Part shown: in pieces, positions 15,086 through 23,064 of the stretch
Position numbering within the stretch: the stretch's first letter is position 1
How the letters are laid out: every line of letters begins with the position of its first letter
Assembly (NCBI RefSeq): GCF_041886205.1
Contig: NZ_CP169029.1
Origin: Escherichia coli
GTDB lineage: Bacteria; Pseudomonadota; Gammaproteobacteria; Enterobacterales; Enterobacteriaceae
DNA: 64,000 nt
Direction: 5' to 3' (one strand)
Program-made: the position numbers and the translations under genes
Notes under the pieces: generated by a model
Told to the model about the DNA's origin: nothing
The model's database searches: none
Seen by the model: the letters and a program-made list of their open reading frames with translations, nothing else

Positions 15086-15550
15086 AAATGATTCCTTGTA
15101 ATGTGAGTTAACAAGATACAATTTAATCTTTGCAGAATATATTCACTATCAAATTTAGCTCATTTTATTACGAAGACCTTTACGCATGTTAGAAAGTATC
15201 ATTATTGTTAATAAACACGGTAATAATTAACAAACAGATGTTTATAACTTCCCTGACAAGTTATTAGGTAACCCACTTGAAGATTGAGAATGGCTTCAGA
15301 GTAAACTGTGTACTGTTCGCCGGAGTGTCATTACTCTCAACAATCGGTTTTGACAGTGAGTCGGGCGCTTCATACCGGTTTCTACCTGGAGTCATTGTCA
15401 CTTCCCTAAACTGGATAAATATATATCGCTAATTCACAACGTGGACCAAAATCAGATGAAAACGCATTATTACGCATGGTAAAGCCTACAGGCCAACTAA
15501 GTGTGGCTAATCAGGCAATCTTACATTTGTCATCAATCTCATGTCTCACA

Positions 15551-16429
15551 TCAAATTTTTCCACTCACCACGAGTTGTTCCGTACACGTTTGTAGTAAAA
15601 ACAGTGGACTGCCTTCTACCGGCTTTTCTTTAGCCAACAACGAAATCTGTCGATAGAAGGTTGGTTCGAGAGGAACGGAACACAATTCACCTGCAATGGT
15701 TTTCAGCGTTAACTCTGGTAATAAGGCGATGCCTAATCCCTGTCGAATAAAACTGATCGCTGTATCCGGGTGATTAAATTCGTATTTTATCTGCGGAGTA
15801 ATATTCTTTTCTTTAAATAACGCCATAATGCTTAATTCATAGCGCCCTTTACTAATAATCAACGGTTCCCCCATTAACTCTTCTACTGTAATAGTGCTGT
15901 TTTTTGCCAGAGCATGGTCGGGCGGTAACACTACGGTGAATTTATCCTGATAAATGGGCACGGAGTACATTCCACTCACCGGAAAATGAACAAAACCGGC
16001 ATCAATGGATTCATTCTGAAGCGAATCAATAATCGCTGTGCTATTTTCCTCAAAAGGAATAATTTTTATATTCGGATGATGGATTTCAAAGTAGCGAATC
16101 ACAACCGGTAAGATACAGGCGCAGACGCTGGGGAAACAACCAAGTCGCAGAGTTCTTTGAGGGTTCTGCTTTTCCTGTTCGGCTATCTCTTTTACTGCGT
16201 TAACTTCCCGATTAATGGCGCGCAGATGATGCACAATGCGGTGACCTGCTGTGGTCAGTTGTATAGCTTTACGGCGATCGCGTAACAGTATATTCACGCC
16301 AAGTTCTTGTTCGAGGGCAGCAATTGCCTGACTTACCGCCGACTGCGTCATGAACAATCGCTTGCTGGCTTCAGTAAAGCCACCGTAATCCAGCACGGCG
16401 AGTAAAGAATTTATTTGGGTAAGAGTCAT
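15551..16429 (-). CDS. LysR-family transcriptional regulator (intact)
   Basis: 292 aa; N-terminal HTH (GGFTEASKRLFMTQSAVSQAIAALEQELGVNILLRDRR) plus LysR substrate-binding domain; divergent from the MFS gene. Confidence 0.85.
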   Translation of the reverse strand: MTLTQINSLLAVLDYGGFTEASKRLFMTQSAVSQAIAALEQELGVNILLRDRRKAIQLTTAGHRIVHHLRAINREVNAVKEIAEQEKQNPQRTLRLGCFPSVCACILPVVIRYFEIHHPNIKIIPFEENSTAIIDSLQNESIDAGFVHFPVSGMYSVPIYQDKFTVVLPPDHALAKNSTITVEELMGEPLIISKGRYELSIMALFKEKNITPQIKYEFNHPDTAISFIRQGLGIALLPELTLKTIAGELCSVPLEPTFYRQISLLAKEKPVEGSPLFLLQTCTEQLVVSGKI

Positions 16430-16580
16430 TAGCGTTTACTAATCAATTATATTAAAACGATTAATTTCTCTAATAGCATGCCGCCATTTATACTTCTGTT
16501 CTGCAAAGTACATCACACTTTGACGCAACCGCAGTAACGGGAGTGTTGTCTGCGTGCGTCATCCTGACAGGCGGTAGGGT

Positions 16581-17771
16581 ATGAAAGAGAAGTTATGGAC
16601 GAAGGATTTTTGGGCAATAACCATCATCAGCTTTATTATTTTCTTCGTCTTTTATGTTTTACTAACATTGTTGCCAATTTATATCTCTGACCGCTTGCAT
16701 GCCTCTCCTGATAAAGCCGGTTTGTTGGTGACTTTATTTTTAATTGCCGCCATTGTTATTCGCCCCTTTGCCGGGCAATGGGTGGGTAAATATTCGAATA
16801 AAACTATTCTGGTGCTCTCTTCTCTGGCCTTTTTGTTGGTCACTGCGTTGTATCCTTTTTGCCACTCAATTGAATCACTGCTTTTTATTCGGGTGCTTCA
16901 TGGTATTACCTTCGGGGTTATCACTACGGTAAAAGGAACGATTTCCGCGCGGCTGATCCCGGCCTCCCGACGTGGGGAGGGCATCAGTTTTTTCTCTCTG
17001 GCAATGGGGCTGGCAATGGTGGTCGGGCCGTGGATTGGTCTGAATATGGCGCGCTGGGAAGCCTTTAATCTGGCTTTCTGGCTATGCACCGGCGTGGCAG
17101 CGGTGGGGATTATCCTGTCGCTGATTATGACAGTGCCGCCGGTTATCAGCCATGCTGATGGTTCAAAGCCGAAAATGGGCTTCGCCGCCATGTTCGATCG
17201 CGCGGCGTTGCCATTTGCGATGGTCACCTTTTTTATGACCTTTTCGTATGCCGGGGTTTCTGCTTTTCTGGCGCTTTATGCTCGCGAACTTAACCTGATG
17301 TCGGCGGCCAGTAATTTCCTGCTTTGCTACGCCATCTTCCTGATGATCTGCCGTACTTTTACCGGCAATGTCTGCGACAAAAAAGGACCGAAATATGTGG
17401 TTTACCCTTGCCTTGTGTTCTTTACGGTAGGACTGGTGGTTCTCGGCTACACCCAGGGAAGCATAATGATGGTTGTTTCTGGCGCGTTGATTGGTATCGG
17501 GTATGGTTCCGTGACACCAGTATTTCAGACGCAGATTATCAGTTCAGTGGAGCCGCATAAAATCGGTGTCGCAAACTCTCTCTTCTTCAATGCCATGGAT
17601 GCAGGCCTGGCGCTAGGAGCCTTTGTGATGGGGATGATGGTTGCACATACTGGCTACCGGATGATTTATCTGCTGGGCGCACTATTAGTGGTAGTGGCTG
17701 GTGGAATCTATGCGCTGCAAATGAAGGGCAAAAGTGGTGTCACACTAGTAGCAGCAAAAGAAATTCATTAA
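16581..17771 (+). CDS. MFS transporter, 12-TM, substrate unknown
   Basis: 396 aa, hydrophobic throughout with MFS-like loop motifs; divergently arranged with the LysR gene. Confidence 0.85.
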   Translation: MKEKLWTKDFWAITIISFIIFFVFYVLLTLLPIYISDRLHASPDKAGLLVTLFLIAAIVIRPFAGQWVGKYSNKTILVLSSLAFLLVTALYPFCHSIESLLFIRVLHGITFGVITTVKGTISARLIPASRRGEGISFFSLAMGLAMVVGPWIGLNMARWEAFNLAFWLCTGVAAVGIILSLIMTVPPVISHADGSKPKMGFAAMFDRAALPFAMVTFFMTFSYAGVSAFLALYARELNLMSAASNFLLCYAIFLMICRTFTGNVCDKKGPKYVVYPCLVFFTVGLVVLGYTQGSIMMVVSGALIGIGYGSVTPVFQTQIISSVEPHKIGVANSLFFNAMDAGLALGAFVMGMMVAHTGYRMIYLLGALLVVVAGGIYALQMKGKSGVTLVAAKEIH

Positions 17772-17849
17772 TACGACACGTTTCATTAAGACTTTCCTCA
17801 GGTAACCACCTATAGTCATTGTCGTTAATAAAACGACAGGCGATAGGAT

Positions 17850-18500
17850 ATGGCAGTTTCAGCAAAGTACGACGAATTTAATCACTGGTGGGCAACAGAG
17901 GGCGACTGGGTTGAAGAGCCTAACTATCGCCGTAATGGTATGAGCGGGGTGCAATGCGTCGAGCGCAACGGCAAAAAGCTGTATGTAAAGCGCATGACGC
18001 ATCATCTGTTTCATTCCGTACGTTATCCGTTCGGCCGACCGACGATTGTCCGTGAGGTTGCGGTAATTAAAGAACTGAAACGGGCCGGTGTCATCGTGCC
18101 GAAGATCGTTTTTGGTGAAGCGGTGAAAATTGAGGGTGAATGGCGCGCGTTGCTGGTGACTGAAGATATGGCGGGGTTCATCAGCATTGCTGACTGGTAT
18201 GCTCAGCATGCAGTAACGCCTTATCCTGACGAAGTACGGCAAGCCATGTTGAAAGCAGTGGCGCTGGCGTTTAAGAAAATGCATAGCGTTAATCGTCAGC
18301 ATGGCTGTTGTTATGTTCGTCATATCTATGTGAAAACAGAAGGTAAAGCAGAAGCTGGTTTTCTTGATCTGGAGAAAAGTCGTCGCCGCTTACGTCGCCA
18401 TAAAGCGATTAATCATGACTTCCGCCAGCTGGAAAAATATCTGGAGCCGATCCCCAAAGCGGACTGGGAGCAGGTGAAAGCGTATTACTACGCTATGTAA
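17850..18500 (+). CDS. inaA: InaA, Kdo/WaaP-family lipopolysaccharide kinase-like protein
   Basis: 216 aa; MAVSAKYDEFNHWWATEGDWVEEPNYRRNGMSGVQCVERNGKKLYVKR matches InaA. Confidence 0.9.
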   Translation: MAVSAKYDEFNHWWATEGDWVEEPNYRRNGMSGVQCVERNGKKLYVKRMTHHLFHSVRYPFGRPTIVREVAVIKELKRAGVIVPKIVFGEAVKIEGEWRALLVTEDMAGFISIADWYAQHAVTPYPDEVRQAMLKAVALAFKKMHSVNRQHGCCYVRHIYVKTEGKAEAGFLDLEKSRRRLRRHKAINHDFRQLEKYLEPIPKADWEQVKAYYYAM

Positions 18501-18505
18501 TCGTT

Positions 18506-18543
18506 GTAGGCCAGATAAGACGCATAAGCGTCACATCTGGCAC
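18506..18543. repeat. REP (repetitive extragenic palindrome) between convergent inaA and yfaE
   Basis: GTAGGCCAGATAAGACGC...GCGTCACATCTGGCAC; canonical E. coli REP-type imperfect palindrome. Confidence 0.6.
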
Positions 18544-18553
18544 TAAAACCAAT

Positions 18554-18808
18554 TCACATCTCGATTTCAATATCGCCTTTTGCCCGGCAACAACAGGGCA
18601 AAATTTCCCCCGGCTGAATAAAGGCTAACGGTTCGGCAATCCAGTCCACCTGACCTGCGACCAGTCGGGTGCGACAGGAGCCGCAGTAACCTTCGCGGCA
18701 CTGGTACTCAACCGCCACATTGTGGGATTCCAGCGCCGCCAGAAGGGAAGGGTGTTCATCCTGGCACAGCAGTTGTGTGCCAGTGATGCGCAGGGTAACG
18801 CGGGCCAT
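18554..18808 (-). CDS. yfaE: 2Fe-2S ferredoxin YfaE (NrdB diferric-tyrosyl cofactor maintenance)
   Basis: 84 aa with Cys cluster (CREGYCGSC...CCC); start overlaps the nrdB stop by 1 nt. Confidence 0.9.
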   Translation of the reverse strand: MARVTLRITGTQLLCQDEHPSLLAALESHNVAVEYQCREGYCGSCRTRLVAGQVDWIAEPLAFIQPGEILPCCCRAKGDIEIEM

Positions 18809-19938
18809 CAGAGCTGGAAGTTACTCAAATCGTCGGTGTCCACTTCCGCGTCAATCTGCCCGACCAGATAAGAACTGACTTCCACTTCCTGCGGAGCAAC
18901 CTGCACGTTATCAGACACCAGCCAGGTGTTGATCCACGGGATCGGGTTGGAGCGCGTCTGGAACGGCAGATCCAAACCGACCGCCTGCATACGGATATTG
19001 GTGATGTATTCAACGTACTGGCAGAGAATGTCTTTATTCAGACCAATCATCGAACCGTCACGGAACAGATAATCCGCCCAGTCTTTCTCTTGCTGTGCCG
19101 CCTGGACAAACAGGTCATAGCACTCCTGCTTACACTCTTCGGCAATTTCCGCCATCTCTGGATCATCCGCGCCGCTGCGCAGCAGATTCAGCATATGCTG
19201 AGTACCGGTCAGGTGCAGGGCTTCGTCGCGGGCAATCAGGCGAATAATCTTGGCGTTACCTTCCATCAGTTCGCGTTCTGCAAAGGCAAAGGAACAAGCA
19301 AAGCTGACGTAGAAACGAATCGCTTCCAGCGCGTTAACGCTCATCAGGCAGAGATACAGTTTTTTCTTCAGCTCGCGCAGGCTAACGGTCACGGTTTTAC
19401 CGTTAACAGTGTGAGTGCCTTCGCCCAGCAGATGCCAGTAGCTGGTCATTTCGATCAGCTCATCGTAATAGCTGGAGATCCCTTCTGCACGTTTTTGGAT
19501 CTGCTCGTTGGTGACGATATCGTCAAACACAACAGACGGATCGTTAACGATATTACGAATGATATGAGTATAGGAACGGGAATGAATCGTTTCTGAGAAC
19601 GCCCAGGTTTCGACCCAGGTTTCCAGTTCCGGAATAGAAATAAGCGGCAATAGCGCCACGTTCGGGCTACGACCCTGAATGGAATCCAGCAGCGTCTGAT
19701 ATTTCAGGTTGCTGATAAAGATGTGTTTTTCGTGCTCCGGCAGCGCCTGGTAATCGATACGGTCGCGGGAGACGTCAACTTCTTCCGGACGCCAGAAGAA
19801 AGAGAGCTGCTTTTCGATCAGCTTTTCGAAGATGTCATATTTTTGCTGATCGTAGCGGGCCACGTTGACCGGCTGACCAAAGAACATCGGTTCTTTGAGC
19901 TGATCATTTTTCGTCTGTGAAAAGGTGGTATATGCCAT
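18808..19938 (-). CDS. nrdB: Class Ia ribonucleotide reductase beta subunit
   Basis: ORF 18808..19989 trimmed to M18 ([56 protein letters not shown]), 376 aa. Confidence 0.96.
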   Translation of the reverse strand: MAYTTFSQTKNDQLKEPMFFGQPVNVARYDQQKYDIFEKLIEKQLSFFWRPEEVDVSRDRIDYQALPEHEKHIFISNLKYQTLLDSIQGRSPNVALLPLISIPELETWVETWAFSETIHSRSYTHIIRNIVNDPSVVFDDIVTNEQIQKRAEGISSYYDELIEMTSYWHLLGEGTHTVNGKTVTVSLRELKKKLYLCLMSVNALEAIRFYVSFACSFAFAERELMEGNAKIIRLIARDEALHLTGTQHMLNLLRSGADDPEMAEIAEECKQECYDLFVQAAQQEKDWADYLFRDGSMIGLNKDILCQYVEYITNIRMQAVGLDLPFQTRSNPIPWINTWLVSDNVQVAPQEVEVSSYLVGQIDAEVDTDDLSNFQL

Positions 19939-19960
19939 GAGTGTGTCCTGTTGGGAGTTT

Positions 19961-20076
19961 AATGCCGGATAAGGCATTTTACGCCGCATCCTGTGCCTGA
20001 TGCGACGCTGGCGCGTCTTATCAGGCCTACAAACCGAGCCGTAGGCCGGATAAGGCGTTCACACCGCATCCGGCAT
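19961..20076. repeat. REP/BIME cluster (about three REP units) in the nrdA-nrdB intergenic spacer
   Basis: Units of type GCCGGATAAGGC.../GCCTGATGCGACGC...GCGTCTTATCAGGCCTAC/GTAGGCCGGATAAGGCG... Confidence 0.65.
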
Positions 20077-20083
20077 CTCAATA

Positions 20084-22369
20084 TCAGATCTTACATGCGC
20101 CGCTTTCGCAGCCATCGTCCTGGATTGACGGCACCAGATCGTCTTGTGCGTCTTCAGCGCCGTCACGGGTGTTCTGATAATACAGCGTTTTGACCCCGAA
20201 TTTGTAGGCGGTGAGCAGGTCTTTCAGCAACTGCTGCATCGGCACTTTTCCTGACGGGAAGCGTGACGGATCGTAGTTGGTGTTGGCAGAGATCGACTGA
20301 TCGATAAATTTCTGCATGATACCCACCAGTTGCAGATAACCATCGTTACCCGGCATTTCCCACAGCAGCTCATAGGCGTCGTGCAGGTGCTCGTAGTCCG
20401 GCACCACCTGGCGCAAAATACCGTCTTTCGACGCTTTGATGCTGACGTAACCGCGCGGCGGTTCAATACCGTTAGTGGCGTTAGAGATCTGCGAAGAAGT
20501 CTCGGACGGCATCAGGGCAGAAAGCGTGGAGTTACGCAGACCGTGCGTTTTGATTGACTCCCGCAGTGCTTCCCAGTCGTAATGCAGCGGCTCATTAGCG
20601 ATGGCATCCAGATCTTTCTTATAGGTATCGATCGGCAGGATCCCTTTCGCGTAAGTGGTTTCGTTAAACCACGGGCACGCGCCTTGCTCTTTCGCCAGCT
20701 CGTTAGACGCTTTCAGCAGGTAATACTGAATCGCTTCGAAGGTTTTATGCGTCAGGTTGTTGGCGCTGCCGTCGGAGTAGCGTTTACCGTGCTTCGCCAG
20801 GTAGTAAGCGAAGTTGATCACACCAATACCCAGCGTCCGACGCCCCATCGCTCCACGTTTGGCGGCCGGGATCGGGTAATCCTGATAATCCAGCAGCGCG
20901 TCAAGTGCACGAACCGCCAGAATCGCCAGCTCTTCCAGTTCATCCAGGCTATTAATTGCGCCCAGGTTGAAAGCAGACAGCGTACACAGCGCAATTTCAC
21001 CATTCTCGTCGTTAACGTCGTTCAGCGGTTTGGTCGGCAGGGCAATTTCCAGGCACAGGTTAGACTGGCGCACTGGTGCGATGGCCGGATCAAACGGGCT
21101 ATGGGTATTGCAGTGGTCAACGTTCTGAATATAGATACGGCCCGTTGACGCACGTTCCTGCATCATCAGGGAGAACAGCTCAACCGCTTTCACACGCTGC
21201 TTACGGATGCTGTCGTCTTTCTCATATTTGGTGTACAGGCGTTCAAACTCTTCCTGATCGGCGAAGAATGCGTCGTACAGCCCCGGTACGTCGGACGGGC
21301 TGAACAGGGTGATATCTTCACCTTTCAGCAGGCGGGTATACATCAGTTTGTTGATCTGTACCCCGTAGTCCATATGGCGCACGCGGTTGCCTTCCACACC
21401 ACGGTTGTTTTTCAACACCAGCAGGCTTTCCACTTCCAGATGCCACATTGGGTAGAACAGCGTTGCCGCACCGCCGCGCACGCCGCCCTGAGAGCAGGAT
21501 TTCACCGCAGTCTGGAAATGTTTGTAGAACGGAATGCAGCCGGTATGGAACGCTTCGCCACCGCGAATCGGGCTACCCAGCGCACGAATACGCCCGGCGT
21601 TGATGCCGATCCCGGCACGCTGGGAAACATATTTCACAATCGCGCTGGAGGTGGCGTTGATGGAATCCAGGCTGTCGCCGCACTCGATCAGTACGCAGGA
21701 GCTGAACTGACGAGTCGGGGTACGCACGCCGGACATGATTGGCGTCGGCAGCGAAATTTTAAATGTGGAAACCGCGTCGTAAAAACGCTTCACATATTGC
21801 AGGCGCGTTTCACGCGGGTAGTTCGAGAACAGGCACGCGGCAACCAGAATATAAAGGAACTGGGCGCTCTCATAGATTTCGCCGGTCACGCGGTTCTGTA
21901 CCAGATATTTGCCTTCCAGCTGCTTAACGGCAGCATAAGAGAAGGTCATATCACGGTCGTGATCGATAAACGTGTCCATCTGCTTGAACTCTTCTTCCGT
22001 GTAGTCTTCCAGCAGATGATTATCGTATTTGCCCATCTCGACCATTTTCACCACATGGTCGTACAGCGCAGGCGGCTCAAACTGGCCGTAGGCTTTTTTA
22101 CGCAGGTGGAAGATCGCCAGGCGCGCGGCGAGATACTGATAATCCGGCGCATCACGGGAGATCAGGTCTGCGGCAGCCTTGATAATAGTTTCGTGGATGT
22201 CAGAGGTCTTGATACCGTCATAAAACTGAATGTGGGAGCGCAGCTCGACCTGGGAAATCGAAACGTTATGCAGTCCTTCTGCCGCCCAATCCAGAACGCG
22301 ATGGATTTTGTCGAGATTGATGCGCTCTGTGCTACCGTCGCGCTTTGTCACCAGCAGATTCTGATTCAT
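20084..22369 (-). CDS. nrdA: Class Ia ribonucleotide reductase alpha subunit
   Basis: 761 aa; MNQNLLVTKRDGSTERINLDKIHRVLDWAAEGL (ATP-cone) and catalytic core. Confidence 0.97.
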   Translation of the reverse strand: MNQNLLVTKRDGSTERINLDKIHRVLDWAAEGLHNVSISQVELRSHIQFYDGIKTSDIHETIIKAAADLISRDAPDYQYLAARLAIFHLRKKAYGQFEPPALYDHVVKMVEMGKYDNHLLEDYTEEEFKQMDTFIDHDRDMTFSYAAVKQLEGKYLVQNRVTGEIYESAQFLYILVAACLFSNYPRETRLQYVKRFYDAVSTFKISLPTPIMSGVRTPTRQFSSCVLIECGDSLDSINATSSAIVKYVSQRAGIGINAGRIRALGSPIRGGEAFHTGCIPFYKHFQTAVKSCSQGGVRGGAATLFYPMWHLEVESLLVLKNNRGVEGNRVRHMDYGVQINKLMYTRLLKGEDITLFSPSDVPGLYDAFFADQEEFERLYTKYEKDDSIRKQRVKAVELFSLMMQERASTGRIYIQNVDHCNTHSPFDPAIAPVRQSNLCLEIALPTKPLNDVNDENGEIALCTLSAFNLGAINSLDELEELAILAVRALDALLDYQDYPIPAAKRGAMGRRTLGIGVINFAYYLAKHGKRYSDGSANNLTHKTFEAIQYYLLKASNELAKEQGACPWFNETTYAKGILPIDTYKKDLDAIANEPLHYDWEALRESIKTHGLRNSTLSALMPSETSSQISNATNGIEPPRGYVSIKASKDGILRQVVPDYEHLHDAYELLWEMPGNDGYLQLVGIMQKFIDQSISANTNYDPSRFPSGKVPMQQLLKDLLTAYKFGVKTLYYQNTRDGAEDAQDDLVPSIQDDGCESGACKI

Positions 22370-22445
22370 GTATGTCGTACCTGTTTTTGGAATTCTTTCC
22401 GCAATAGTTTCGTGCAGACTACCTGTAGTACGGGAAGCTGCTTAG

Positions 22446-22493
22446 AACACTATATATAGGGGGTATGTTTGGGATTCACTGCAAGATAGTGTG
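22446..22493 (-). promoter_or_regulatory. Candidate tandem NrdR boxes in the nrdAB promoter
   Basis: Two related 16-17 bp elements (plus-strand aacACTATATATAGggg and cactgcAAGATAGTGTG) about 30 bp apart, 80-125 bp upstream of the nrdA ATG; resemble the NrdR-box palindrome as I recall it. Confidence 0.5.
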
Positions 22494-22522
22494 AAAATGG
22501 CCCTCTTGCAAGTGCATAACTT

Positions 22523-22531
22523 TGTGGATAA
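22523..22531 (-). promoter_or_regulatory. DnaA box (TTATCCACA) upstream of nrdA
   Basis: Plus strand TGTGGATAA, a perfect reverse-complement match to the DnaA-box consensus; nrdAB is a known DnaA-regulated promoter. Confidence 0.6.
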
Positions 22532-23064
22532 CTCAGGAAGGAAAAAGTGGCTTTCGCGCACCTTAGGTCAGACAAGGTGTCCGGGAAAGTCAATGGGAAG
22601 AGAAAAATTTGTTAAAAATAACTGTTCGGCGATTTCTTGAACGGCAGAATAGGTTGGATAAATTGATATAGATGGTTTATTAATCTTTTTGCTAATGATT
22701 GCAAAAATTGATCTAAGTACGAGTCATCACATAATCTGATGTATCAGTTGTGGTCAATATATAAGCGAATGTAAGCGATTGTTGATGTCGAAATGGTTGT
22801 TTTCTATGCGGTTATTGTTAAATGCGAAGCTATTTTGTTAATTTACCTTATATTATAAGAAAATTATTCATTACTTTAATTTAGTTTAAATATAACTGGT
22901 ATCCCTTAAGGTTATTAACTTGAATTATGACGCACTGATACTATTCATGAAATAATAACAAAATAGCCATTGCATCGGGTTGAGCAATTTACAAAAGAAA
23001 GATAACCCATATTGTATAATGTGATTAAATACGCCGTCTTATATAAAATGATGGTCAGATTAAT

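Noticed and set aside
15086..15121. Alternative upstream ATG for the orphan gene (MYLVNSHYKESF...)
   Set aside because: No purine-rich RBS upstream of 15121, whereas ATG 15085 has AAGGAA at ideal spacing; kept as a possibility only.
21374..22459. 361 aa plus-strand ORF overlapping nrdA
   Set aside because: Antisense to nrdA; His/Ala/Arg-rich composition typical of translating a coding strand backwards.
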